Assembly: GCA_003344405.1 (NCBI GenBank)
Contig: NOWV01000024.1
Location: 1-64,000 of the forward strand
Source: Trichoplax sp. H2
Taxonomy: Eukaryota
Length of the DNA stretch: 64,000 bases
Reading direction: 5' to 3'
In this document: piece by piece, positions 1 through 13,421 of the stretch
Layout of the letters: every line of letters starts with the position of its first letter
Position numbering within the stretch: the stretch's first letter is position 1
The notes under the pieces: model-generated
Database searches by the model: none
The model's input: only the letters and a program-made list of their open reading frames with translations
Told to the model about the DNA's origin: nothing
Translations under genes and position numbers: made by a program

Positions 1-3000
1 GTTACAGCTGCTAAGGCCTAGCATTACGCTATAGTACACCACAACTAAGGCTCCTAAGATACTCGCTGATGACAAAAGTGAATAATCTAAATATTACAAT
101 GGAATTTTGCTCGTTAATTTATTATTCAGCTTTATCACTCTTTATTCCGTAATAATTTCATCTAATCCATGTTAACGTGGATCGATAAGTAATAAACTAA
201 CGCTGTGTGATTATGTTTTCTTTTGTTTCTGAAATTCTTCGAAAAATCATTTATCATTGAATTAAAATGAATCAAATATAGCATTTTTAATATTAGGCTA
301 TATTAATTAACTTAGTGTATTTTGAAGGCATAATGAAAGTTAATAAAGCTAAATTGATCACTATGCTCTAAAATTGAATTAATTTCTGATCAAAGATTGC
401 GCTATCGACGGGTAAAATCGAAAGAAAGATCACCTATATTGACAAAATTAATTAATAGAAACAATAGGTTTAGATAAGCTGATACATCAAATGAATGATA
501 GAATATTCGTATTTAATATTATATTAATAAATTGTGGAATCGGGTAGAAAAGAATGGTATAGTTATAACCTGCAGTAGTCTCAGATGTTAATTATAATGC
601 TGATATTTTATAACTGAATTAATTACAGTATTATGCCAAACTCTACGGACTATAAGTTGCATGAGCCTAATACCATAATAAAATTCAGCCGATGACATCA
701 TCAGCAAATCATATAAGATGAAATAAGTTTATGCACGTTTAAGAAAAAAAAATTTTCAGAATATTAACTTATAAAACGATAATTCACTATCAATTTCGCC
801 GTTAAAGGCAGCAAAATAATGTTGCTGGTGTATCCTTTGATGACGTTGTCAACATCTTTTAGTAAAATGATTTGCTAACTATGACTTTTTCCATCATAAT
901 TAAATTGTAAAACTAATCTCAACGAAAAACAAAGCTTGTACTGCAAAACTCAATTTATCTCTTACATATTCTTAATTCTAGATTTTATCTATCAGCATTA
1001 CAAGAACTATTATCTAGTGTTAAAAATTGCATTAAAAGAAATTACGTAACAATTGCTTATCCTGAATATTAATCAATTGAAAATTTATTTGATACCATCT
1101 AAGGTAATTGATTCGTTTACTATCGGCTTAGATTACTATATTGGAAACGTTGCGGAGTAAAAAGTGTAATAATATATTTACTTGGAGAAAAAAGGTGTCA
1201 AAATAAAGTGAGATTAAGAACTTATTTATTAATTTATTTAATATTACAGTTATAAAAAGATAACAACTAGATTCTCCGTGTATCTTTTATAATTATTAAG
1301 TCTAAATAAATTAATTCTCGTGGTATTAATTAAATTAAAAGACAGCAATTCTGATTATTACACAGAACGTTAAGCATGTGCTGTATGAACGTGAAAAAAC
1401 TTGTGATATGAAATTTACAATATTAGTATTTGCTGCTGCTAGGTTACCTGGTTGAATGTTTATAAAGCGAGCACAGGGAATTGATGTTTTTGGAGAGAAA
1501 AAATAATGTAATTAATTTATAATAGTTGTTGCTATCGGTCATATCTTAATATTTTATTAATATATGTGACATTATATAGATTTGCTTATCAACTGTTCTT
1601 GTAAAGCATTTTATATTGTAGAATCAAAAAATGGATATATCTCGATTATTTGTTGCAGTAAAATGCCTACACCAAAGATACTTTGTTTAAGTTATTGTTA
1701 ATACAGTAGTTAAATTATAAATTAATTGATGTCATTTTTTTCAACAATACAGTCATAATATGCTATCTAACTTTAAATAACTTATACGAGGGCAATAATC
1801 ATTTATAACAAGTAGATTTTCAACGTTTTACTTGATTAACTATAGATAAGTAATTTCTATTGTAATTTATTTTACCTAATTGAATCCTAGCAAAATTTTA
1901 ATATGAATAAACATATTTTCTTAATCTTTGTAATTAATAGTTCTAAAAATATCTATATGACGTCTTGTATGCAATAGCGAGGTATTTTATAAATGTGAAC
2001 ATCTTTATTTTTTAACTACAGATTTCAGTTACTGAATAAACTATTAAAAATGAGTTGACACGCATTCTATTTATATCTGTCCAATTGAGAGAGTAATCTT
2101 TAAATATATTCCATATAGATCTAATTAGCATAAAGTAATGCGATTTTTCTTTGTAGAATTTTCTTTATAACATAGTTCAAAGAGTTTATTAGAGATTGAG
2201 TACTAAATTGAACTTTATTGTAAATATTCATATAGCTGTAACTTGTAACCAGAAGACCATGCTAATTGTTCTATAAAGACATATCATGAATATTAATAGG
2301 CATCTTATATCATCAATCAAAGAGATAACTAAGTTTATGATGCACAGCATAAGATAAGATGAGAAGGTAATTGTTACAAAACAGCTTTGCAACAGGATAA
2401 TGTAATGCACGATCAATCAGTCGATTCCCTGAACCGCGTATCAGGGAGCAGTATCTACTCTTTCAGGAACACTTTTCTTATACTAGTAGACTACAAAAAG
2501 ACTTAGACGCCTAGTATCTTACGTTAAACACTAATCATAAGAACTAACTTTATTATACGATTTATCGCATTTTATATACTCTTTTACAATAGCAAAGACA
2601 TCCTAATTAGTAATATTAACCTTAAAACCTGATAGTGAATCAAAAGCTAATTTTATCTATTGCTACTTAATGGAGACAATAGTATTCACGAACATAGATA
2701 TCGAATGACTAATACAAAATTGTCAGATTACAATATGTCCTATCACGGAACATTTCTACGATAATCTACAATCTACCATAAGTAAATTATAATCACAGAG
2801 TTTGAATTGTAAGAAGATTATTCGCGATTCCCTAATTAAAGTACTTATTTCAGTAGGCTGTATATATTACCATAAAAGCTAGTGCTATATTTAAATATCA
2901 CATATCTTAATTAGAAACTCTTCGTATAAGGGTAAATCAACAAAATCATCCTAACATAGATGTTTCTACTATAATCTCGATATTACAATGTCTAACACTG

Positions 3001-6000
3001 TAACAGTAATACATTAACTATTTTATCTAAGTCCAAATTGGGTAGGAAGTAAATAATCATAATTAAATTAACTCATTTTATACGGTATATTTTCATCGTT
3101 ATACTGCAATGTACATGAACAAATGAAAATAATATAATTTGTATTCGTGCATATAAATTTTCTTCCTCTACAAACTGTTTTAAAATATTGACTACGTGCT
3201 CATCTTTTCAATAAACCTATTAATTTTAATATTTTATTTACTTTAGGGTGTTATAGAAGGAAATACGTGCTTATTTTAAAATTTATACGATAAATCTAAA
3301 GCCATAACTTTGAAATACAAGTAAAATGTTTCAATTAAGCTTCATTGATGATTTTATATAGGAATTGCGTTAAAATAGTAAATTGCTTTTGAAGTGAGGT
3401 TAGCAAAAGCGAGTTAGAAATGATTCGTAAGAAAATGAAATACAAATAAAATAACAATATTATTTATGAATTGATAGTAACATTAAAATTTAGATTCTAA
3501 AGGTGGATTGCTTGCGATAAGATTATCATCCATAATGAAATAGTACCAATTAAGGCATAAAATGGACGGCTTTACGTATTAAGCTATTGATAAAGTATTA
3601 TAAGCATCGCTCCAAGAAATGATATGATAGTAACAATTTTTGAATCTCTTTGAATAATGTTAATTTAAAAGGATGTTGACATTTAAAATTATCACACATT
3701 GTTATTTTCTGTTATGACGATAAATAACAACTTAATATTAACACAGGATCAGATTTTCTGGAAGCTCGTACACTATATACTCTTTATAAATCAGATATAT
3801 CCCACAGGCCGTCGTTATGTCAACAAATTTTGATAACATTGTACTAGTTTATCATTTTAAAATTGGGATATTTAATAATTTCTATCAGACAGTCGATCTT
3901 AATGGTAACTTGAAAACATCCATGTTATGGGTTATTAGAAATTTTATTTGAGATTTTTTCCCACAAACTGCATTCCATTTGAGATATGCTACATCCTCTT
4001 TATTAATTGATTGTTCGTTAGGATGACGATATTTTAAGCCATTACTTATATAGATTTAACTATCAATTATTTTATCATGACACCATCATAATCACTTGGT
4101 ACCACTTACATCGAATAGATAGTTCATTATCTCCTATTATAGAGATTCACCGAAAATTATGACTATGGATGGAAATAGATTTTCGGCAAATAATCCCTTT
4201 ATAGATTCTACAATAAATTACATGTAGAGGCATCGCGTGGGTGCTTTTTCATATCCGCGAATTAGGCAATGCCGAAATAATTTTCATTTCGTAGGTATTG
4301 CAGTTAATAATATGTTGGCTTATATTATGATAATTTAATAAATATTAGTTAATGCCAGAAATAGAAATGAGATTCTCGTAAATTTCATGATAGATTGTCA
4401 TTTTATTGCAAATAGTTGCTAATACCAAGGTAGAACTGGAATATTTGGGAATGACATACATTTGTGTACAAATTCTATTACAAAGTAGATACAGCATAGT
4501 AGGAGTGTTCTATCGATAGTTTTGGCTATATTAAATAGCTTATGTCCTATATTACAATTAATAGGGTATTGAATGCTATGGAATGATTAAGAAATGTCTA
4601 TTGACAATATACTTTATCTATTTTACTTTAGAAATAAATTTCTGCTTGACTAATAGACAATGGGCTCTATACAAATTCCATGATAACTAGGGATATAATA
4701 CGGAATGATGATCTAGCGCCAATCTCAAAGCTTTACCATTTTACACCATTAACAGCAAATCGATTGCTATTATAATACATACCCTTTCACTCATTTCCGT
4801 GTATAAATTAGCCGACAGATGCAGATCGCTCTAAATGATTAAAAGCCATCAATAAACTCTAACATATTCATATCGAACGCATGACAACGTGGCTATAACT
4901 TTATAAATGTTGAAGTTATTCCACTACTACATAAGAATCAATTGATATTAAATGAAATAAATAAATTTTTAATGATCACGTAGTTCAAAAATTAGCAACT
5001 GTTCTGTATAAAGCCTCTAAAGTAGACTATTATTATATATTGTCCTCTTGACTGCGATAAATTACCAGCTGGTAGGTGGTGCATTGATATAATTTCCGCT
5101 AGGGATTTTTTCAGTTATTGTCATCTTAGAAGACATCACGCAAGAGAAAACTAATTTCGTGTCTGACTTTAGTCGCATGCATACTGTAAAACAACTTCAA
5201 TTTATTTAAAGTCAATGATAGATTTACTGTGCATTTATTTGTCGTCCCACATCTCTTTAGCCTTTTTTGTATCATACGGTGATAATTGATGACATAGAAA
5301 TAAAGAAAGCTAAGTTAATTTAAATAATTTCGGAGCTTTATTCGCTGTCCTTTTCGCTTTGAATCGAAAAATTTTAGTTGTTATTTTTCTCATTTTTATA
5401 TTTCAGCAGGACAGTTAGAGCAGCAAGTATATAGAAAGTAAATTAGTTCTTATCATATTCATGCCAGTATGCAGTTACAGAAGAATGATGATGGAAACAA
5501 AATTAACTTCCATATTAGCTTGTTATTACTGCCTTAGATCACGTACTGGTACGGCAATAAAAAATGAAAGCTTTATTGTCAATTTTAACGTTGAGAATCA
5601 AGTTCTTGCTACTTGAATTGTTATTTTTTCCTGGGATTAGATTTGATATAATATAGTAAATGGAATACCCAATTTATGAGAAAGAGACCTCAGTGTTTTC
5701 AAATCTTCATGCCAGCACCTAATTTTTGGAAAATATATTAATGACAATTCTTCATATATCACGTAATTATTAAGATGCGACTTTATATAACATTAAGAAA
5801 ATAAAACTTTTACTAAATGTAAATGCGATTGCCATTATTTCATACAGATACCATGCAATAATGTCTAGGTAACAGGATTTGGAATATGATATCTATCGTT
5901 AATATGCAAATGCGTTCGTCTTAAAATGTATAAAATTGACGTATTACTATACAAAGCAATGAAAATACCTAGATAATAGACTTTCAAGTATGGAAAAAAG

Positions 6001-6213
6001 GATACAAATATCTGAACTATTTCATCTTAGAACAGATAGTGAAGGAGTTGATCTTTGTGAATATAATCACGATTTTTCAGCAGGATTTCACGTATGAAAA
6101 CTTGGCGTAAATAATTAAATTACACTTTGAAATATATAATAATAGAAATGATGTAGACAGAAATTTCGCAATTATGCTTGAAATAACAGACTTTCGTTAT
6201 AAATAAATTCGTG

Positions 6214-6690
6214 TTAATATCTAAATGCGATTGCCTGGAAAATATGATGATGGAATTAATCGACTGCGGATGTAAGGCAATTATACTTAAATAAATTAGT
6301 GCTAATATCTGAATGCGATCGAGCTGCAAAACATATGGCAATTATACCTCAATGAATTAGAGCTAATATCTTAATGGTAATATTTAAAGGCGATCGCCTA
6401 GAAAATATGATGATGAAATTGATCTACTACGGATACATGTGAATTATACCTCAATAAATTAGTGCTTATATCTGAATGCGATCGTCCCAGAAAACATGAT
6501 GAAATTGGTTTATACGGATACAAGGCAATATGCTAAACTTCGAATGTGTAAGGATAGAATTGATCTATTTGGATAATAGACTAACTTGCTTAAATAGAAA
6601 TTCTATCGCTATGAGTACAATGGAGTTAATATCGAAGTAATCTTATCCTAGAATACTCGGTGATAAAATTGATCTAGGCGGATACGGAAG
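6214..6690. repeat. Degenerate tandem repeat, unit about 85-90 bp
   Basis: Recurring blocks 'aatgcgat(t/c)gcct(g/a)gaaaatatgatgatg(g/a)aatt', 'cggata', 'aattatacctcaat(a/g)aattag(t/a)gctaatatct' near 6224, 6312, 6388 and 6475, decaying toward 6690. Boundaries are approximate. Confidence 0.7.
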
Positions 6691-9600
6691 TCAGGCAGTC
6701 ACGCCCAAAACAGACTCAATTCGCTATAAAGAAATTGATATTGATCTAACTGAAAGAATTCTGACCAAATCATTGGGAAATGCTCTTTTAATGTCTCAGT
6801 AGATAAAAGAAATACTACAATTACTATTGCGTTCCGGAGAACCTTGACCTTTACCTTCTTATTCTGGCCTAGATAGCCTAAACGATTCTATTCAGTAATA
6901 GTAACTAATATCAGGTAGAAACATCGGTGTAGGCTAAGCTATATTGTATTATCTTAAGCGCAAATTTCGATATTGACAGATAGCACTTACTATCCACAAA
7001 GTCTTATTCATGAGGAATTCTTCGCATAAATAATAAAATTTTGATGTTATACTTATATGACTTTCGTTTCGATCGTTATAGAAATAAGTCGATCTTTAAG
7101 GGTAAATAGAATTCTTAACTTCTTACTTTGCCTCATTAAATCTAAGTGTTCCTTAATGATTTATCCTATTTCAGCTTCAGAAATAAATGAAAAAACTAAA
7201 TAGAATCAATCCACATGATCTTATCGAATTAAGTGGATTAGAAGGATATAAACGATATTGTGATAGTTTTTGTGAATAAAAATTTACGAAGAATCTCTTC
7301 ATCTCTTCTTGGTTTTCTAGTCCAGGATCTATATCCTACAACATCCGCTCTAGCAGCTTTTTTCACCTTAACGTATTTATACCCCGGTTAAATTTATTAG
7401 CGGCTGAGCACTCTAGAATAAGCGCTATTCCACATCATTTTAACGATGGTGATTATTTGGCATTAATAGCATATCAGTCTATAACTACATTAATCTTAAA
7501 GAGTAAATCTGATTCAATTTAGCTTATCATCAGATTATTATAAACATTTCATATCGTTGCTGGCTTATTCACTGTTGATCTTTTGACGACAATATCCTAG
7601 CGTGTCATGGATTAATCTGGGAGTAATCTCAATATTTCACTTCATCATATATTTATTTAGTTGCCATATTTCAGAATGAATAATTCTACATATAAGCTTT
7701 TCACCACTTCGATTTAGTATTGCTATCCATGAAAATCCAAACAAAACAGTTGTATTAGCCGCTTCATGGGTAACTGATTTCAATTCATAGAGATGTTAGG
7801 TGTATAAATCTTGACTAAGAACCCCTTTCATCACTCTATACTTTATTTATTTCTGGAAATAATCCGTAAAGTCACAAGATACTTATTCTTGCAGGCTGCT
7901 CTCTTAATTTATGTAGTATGGCTATTTCTTAGATATGCAAGAATTGATCTTATTATGGTATTGTACAAGATGGATCCTTTCTAATACGAGAAACTAGAAA
8001 TTTTTCAATCTGATTAGATTTTTTTGCCGTTTTAAAAGTTTATTATCTTAATAGTTACGATTTATGATAGAAAGATACCATGAAATTAACTATTTCTAGA
8101 TAGTTACAGCAGAATAATCTATATTATCTAAAGGTATAAATATGAATATTCCCTGTAGACAATTTTGACTTTATATAATCTTAAATTGTAATAAGTCTCA
8201 TTTTTATGCATAAGATAAGTAACAATTATGCCATAGCATACTGTGAAATCTTAAATAATAGTTGAAATCATGATATTTTTTCATAATTATACAATCTGTA
8301 ACTATGAACATGCTGCACAATTTAGAACATGGGTCATGTTTTAAACTGTAAACATCAGAATGATAATAATATCTATAGCTATTATTAGACTTTCCCTTCT
8401 CTTTGAGTATTAATTTGCCTTGTCATTTGATGCGGGCGGTTATTTACTATACAACTCAAAAATGAAACGCTAAATTCTAAAGATAATAATGTCATTTGCA
8501 CAAGCCATCGGACAAGTTGAATGGATTACGCAGATATTACGTCGAAGATTAAATGATGCAGTTCAAATTTAATGCAATAATGTTTCTCTTATAACTTGTT
8601 TATTATTAGCAACAGCAATAAGTTGGAAATAAAGTTTCAGTTAGTTCATCATCAAAAGCCTTTATCATCATAGTGTGTAAATTATAAAGAATAGCATCCG
8701 TCATATTAAAACAATCAGTGATGAACAACGCCTCATTCTGTCCTTCAATAATCCCAATATTCAGCAAGCATTTATTTCCAAATATCGAAGAATTAGTATC
8801 AATGGCTGCATATATCTAATATTTACAGGAAAAAGTATGAACGCTATTCCAGGTATATAGAGCTTCCGCTAAAATCAATTTTAAACGCTGAATGTTCATC
8901 TTCCCATACTCCCAAGTATAGGATAATAGCTGAAAGAAGTCGATCAAGTGGTATCATATGATCAGACTATAAGAAAATAACTCAGAAATTGTTCATTTCT
9001 TAATGTAGTTCTTCTTAATTCAAATATAAATTATTGTATTTTACAAGATCGAAAGTGAATAATCTTAATAAATTTGATCGATATCAAGCCTAATGATCGT
9101 GATAATCATCTGCTTGGATTATACTTTATTCATTCCCTTCAGTACAAAGTATTTTTCACCTACTATCGATTTATTAAAATAGTTCCTTATGCATCAGGGC
9201 TGTGGAAGAATGATTGGGCTTTATTAATTTTAATATATCATATTACGACTGTAAGATATTAGGAAATGATTGTGTTACATCAATTCAAAGTTATCTTGTT
9301 GTTTCTAGCTATGTCCAATTCTAGACGCTAGTTCTCTGTAATGATAGATGAAATTTTTATAGCCTTAATTTAAATCATCACTATCGTTGTTGACCGTACG
9401 AACAGGAAATTGAAGTACAAATTGAACATCCTGCTGTTAATTTACGGCTTAATTTTAGACGATTACTTTCTACAAATGATGGATGAAAAGATTTAATCTT
9501 GATTCCAACCGCGAATTTCAATCAAGACTGTCCTCATTGATAGTCCAGTTCAGAAATGATGGTAAGGTATAAACTTAAAGTATCATGTTCTTTCTTCACA

Positions 9601-12600
9601 GCTTAAAATCTAAACGATTATTTTTAATAAAGATAGATCAAATTTTTACTCTTCCATAGAATGAGACTATCCAGATGGATAGTACTATTAAGAAATTAGT
9701 GTATCAATTCAACGTATTTTTGCTATTTCTCTACGGCTCCAATTCGAGATAATTACTTTGCACGTACATGGATAAAATTTTAATCTTTATGAAAGTCATG
9801 ACTATTCACAATAATACAACTAGCAATCTTGCTATTTTTTAGCGAGAATTTCTCACCAGTAAATCAATGCTTTCCCTGTCGTCATCGAATAGCAATCGAC
9901 AGAAATAAATTTTATAGAAATGAGAAAACATCGTTTCAATAGCTAATTACTTTTGTACTCCTATTGCGTATCAATTATTTTTGATAGGCCAAAATATCCC
10001 TAGTTTAAGTTAATCAGTGATAGATTTATTGAATTGAATTGATGTATCTGAAAAAATAATACAGTGATGACGAGTTTTATTCCATTGCGATTTATTATAA
10101 CCCTTTCAAGCTTGCAACGCCTCTATAAATCAATGGATTGATGATATACCTTTTACATTGATGATGACCTTATTCCGGCTTCATTTTTATCTATGCAATA
10201 GTATTATAAATTACTTGACAAAAATGAAATAATATTTGTCTGTCAATGAACTCTAGCATGTACAAAGATCTTTGACGATTTGATTGAAAGCTGTAAACGA
10301 GAGTAAAATAAAAAAGGCCCGACAAAAAAAATACTGTATCGAAAATTGATACATCTTTTAACTGGTTTTTAACCATGCTTTTCTTCCCTAATTCAATAGG
10401 TAATTTCTATTCATTTCCTTGAACAATAACGCTTGAAAAAAAGACTGGCTGTTATTATTTTGAAAAACTAGCTGGAATGATGATGTCATGAATGATAGCA
10501 ATATCCATTGCTTGGCCACTGTTATTATTTGTTCGTCATTTGCGCATTTAATGTAATGAACTCCTTCCTATTCCGGCGCTTACTCATGGTTTGCTTAATT
10601 TCTTAATTTTCCAATATAATAAAAATCACATCGCAGACGCATTGTCTGCAAAAATCAAACATTACTTTGTTATTATTGTCGAAAGGATGCCAATTTACAT
10701 TTGACCTATATAAATTAACCTCAACATGAATCACTTCATTAGTTAGTATTGTATTGCGCAGCAGTTGCTAGTCCATTTAAAAATTTTATTCTCTATTCCA
10801 TTGGAAATTGAGGAGGTAAGTAAAAATAAAATTTTATCTTATCATTTGATCTAAACGATTGAAATTGAGAACATGACCGCATGTCGATTCCTTTCTCGGC
10901 GTTTGGATTAATTTTTCAAGACATAATTTAGCTCTATTCCAATAATATTGATTTACAGTATATGAGAGATATACATTCACAATACTAAAGACGAGAAAAA
11001 GACTACGGTACATATGAAGATTGAGTACTGTATCATTTTTTTCATTAGCTATTGATTGAAAGAAAGAAAAGAAAAAACATTGGCTTGCTCTATTAATATA
11101 ATTTTTTCGACTGTTATTACGCGATCAACGTTGAAGCTATTCAAGTTAGGTAAAGTAATACATCCAGTAATTAATTGGATATATTTTAATACTTTAAAGT
11201 AGGTGTAAAAATAGCAAAAGATACGGTAGATTGCTTTTATAATTCCTATTCAAAATTTTTATTAACGATTCATAAAATTGACATATTCATTTGAATGTAA
11301 TTGAGCCATTCATTGTAGGCACATCGATAATTAAAGGAGTTGTTCTTTACTTTGTTCAGATATTCCTTGGAAATTTTGCAAAGTGAAGTAGAAGAAGAAT
11401 ATTCAATTTTGTCTCAGTTCATCATTCCAAGCCACCATTTCATTACCAACACCATCTTTAGGTCAGTAAATTATATTAGAATGACGAAGTAATAAGAGAG
11501 AATTCAATTTGTAGCACTATTTCATCTTGCATGTCGTGGCCATATTTCATATTGGTGTCAAATTAATATTAAAGATCGAATAGTATGATTTATTTTTATC
11601 AAGCTATTGTCATTATCAAGCTGTCAGAAGATTTTAGAACTAAATTTTGCTTCCGTCGATACACTTACGTTTTAAAGGAAGAAAAACTGACAGGAAGTTA
11701 AATATTATCCAGAAATTTCGTTCTAAAGTCTCAATTACACTGTCATTATCCGGATTCTACGCAAGCAGGTAACGTAGTCTAAGCAATAAATATATCTAGA
11801 CAGTTCCACGGGCAAAGGCTGGTACCTGCTAGAATACTCATATCTATCTATGTACTTAAGAATACCAGTAGCATTTATAGGCTTAACCGACACCATTTTT
11901 GCCTAGAATCTTGGTATTGCCTTAAAAAATTGAAAATCTAAAAGTCAAGATCTGGCTCACTTTAAATTTACTTGTTATTAAATTTTGGATCAGCCATTTA
12001 CGGTATAACATATGAATATTAATAGGTCAGAGAAATAGGCAATTTAATACCGTTATATCGACAATTTGAACGTCTTTTATATAACTTTTGAAGCAAATAT
12101 AATAAATTGTATAAAACCAATTCGAAATATATTTTAGTACTGATAGATAAGATAGTATTTCGAAGAGATTTTCATTGTACATAAGTTGTTAAACATGGTA
12201 AATTTATACTCATGATAAATCCAATCCTATTCTTGAATTAAGTTTAGCTTCCAAAATTGTTGAGGAAATCAGCCTGTCTATATTTGCATTATATATTCAA
12301 GCTTTTCAAAGGCAGAAAATTACTAAAAGATACTTTTACCTTTTTCACCTTTTCTTGGCCATAAGACAACAAGTACATCGCTCATTTCTACTTAACGTCC
12401 ATGTAAGCCTAACTAATTAACAATGATTAATAATCAAATAAATGACAGCAATTTTATAATTCCAAATCTCACTCGAAAATTTAATATTAGAATTACTTCT
12501 GACAGTTCTAAATCCATATGATTTTATTGCTAATATTAGAGATATAGATAATCAAAGTATGAATTATTAATTACGATTTTTCGCATAAACCGATTAAAAT

Positions 12601-13128
12601 TGAGCAATAACTTCCCGTATTTCCAATCGATGAGAAAGAGCCATCCTAGGATAACAATAACAATATAATTAGTAATATTCTATTATCCAATCAAAACCTC
12701 AATAGGCTATTTATAACACCTTGTTATACATAATAATCAACTGTAAAACTATAAATTTATAAAAAGCATCTATAAACCTTCATGAAATATCATTCAAATG
12801 TAAAAGAGCAAATCAGTATCCTAGTGCACTATAATTATTCACCGTAATGAATTCAAAATTATACAGCTATGCCGCATTTTATTTAATGTAGAAAGTGGAA
12901 ATATAAATAGCAGTTCCTTATACAAGAGATAGAAGATGCGATGCCAGCTTGTTTATAATTATGTAATAAAGTGTTAGTTTTTCCTTACTGCATGAGAAAT
13001 TTATTTACATCAGTGATGGTCTAAGGTTGAAATTAAATCAGTATAATTATTTTATTAAGATTGACTGGGATTTGTTTTATTCCTATCTCATGGTCTTAAA
13101 GAGGATTACATCAATTATTACATCGATC

Positions 13129-13410
13129 ATAGCCTAAAGTATAAACATAATAAGATAGATATTTACTCATCAACAGTGTTTTCATTCTATTTCCTATCTT
13201 CAAGGAATACCGTATCATAAGAATTATATGCATTGATGATAGCTCAAAGTATAACTTCAACAGTATAGATATTTAACAATCGACAGAGTTTTCTTTCTAT
13301 TTCATATCATTAAGAAATACCATATCATAGGAATGATATATATCGCTGATAGCCTAAAATATAACTATAGTAGTACATTCTATCACTAATCGATAATGTT
13401 TTATTTCTAG
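13129..13410. repeat. Degenerate 110-bp tandem repeat (about 2.6 copies) directly upstream of the GPCR coding exon
   Basis: 'atagc(c/t)(t/c)aaa(g/a)tataa' starts at 13129, 13239 and 13349; 'tagatattta', 'ttctattt' and 'aatacc(g/a)tatcata' are shared between copies. Confidence 0.8.
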
Positions 13411-13421
13411 AAAATTCAACC

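Noticed and set aside
8590..8900. Fairly long open frames on both strands
   Set aside because: No recognisable domain and no convincing splice partners.
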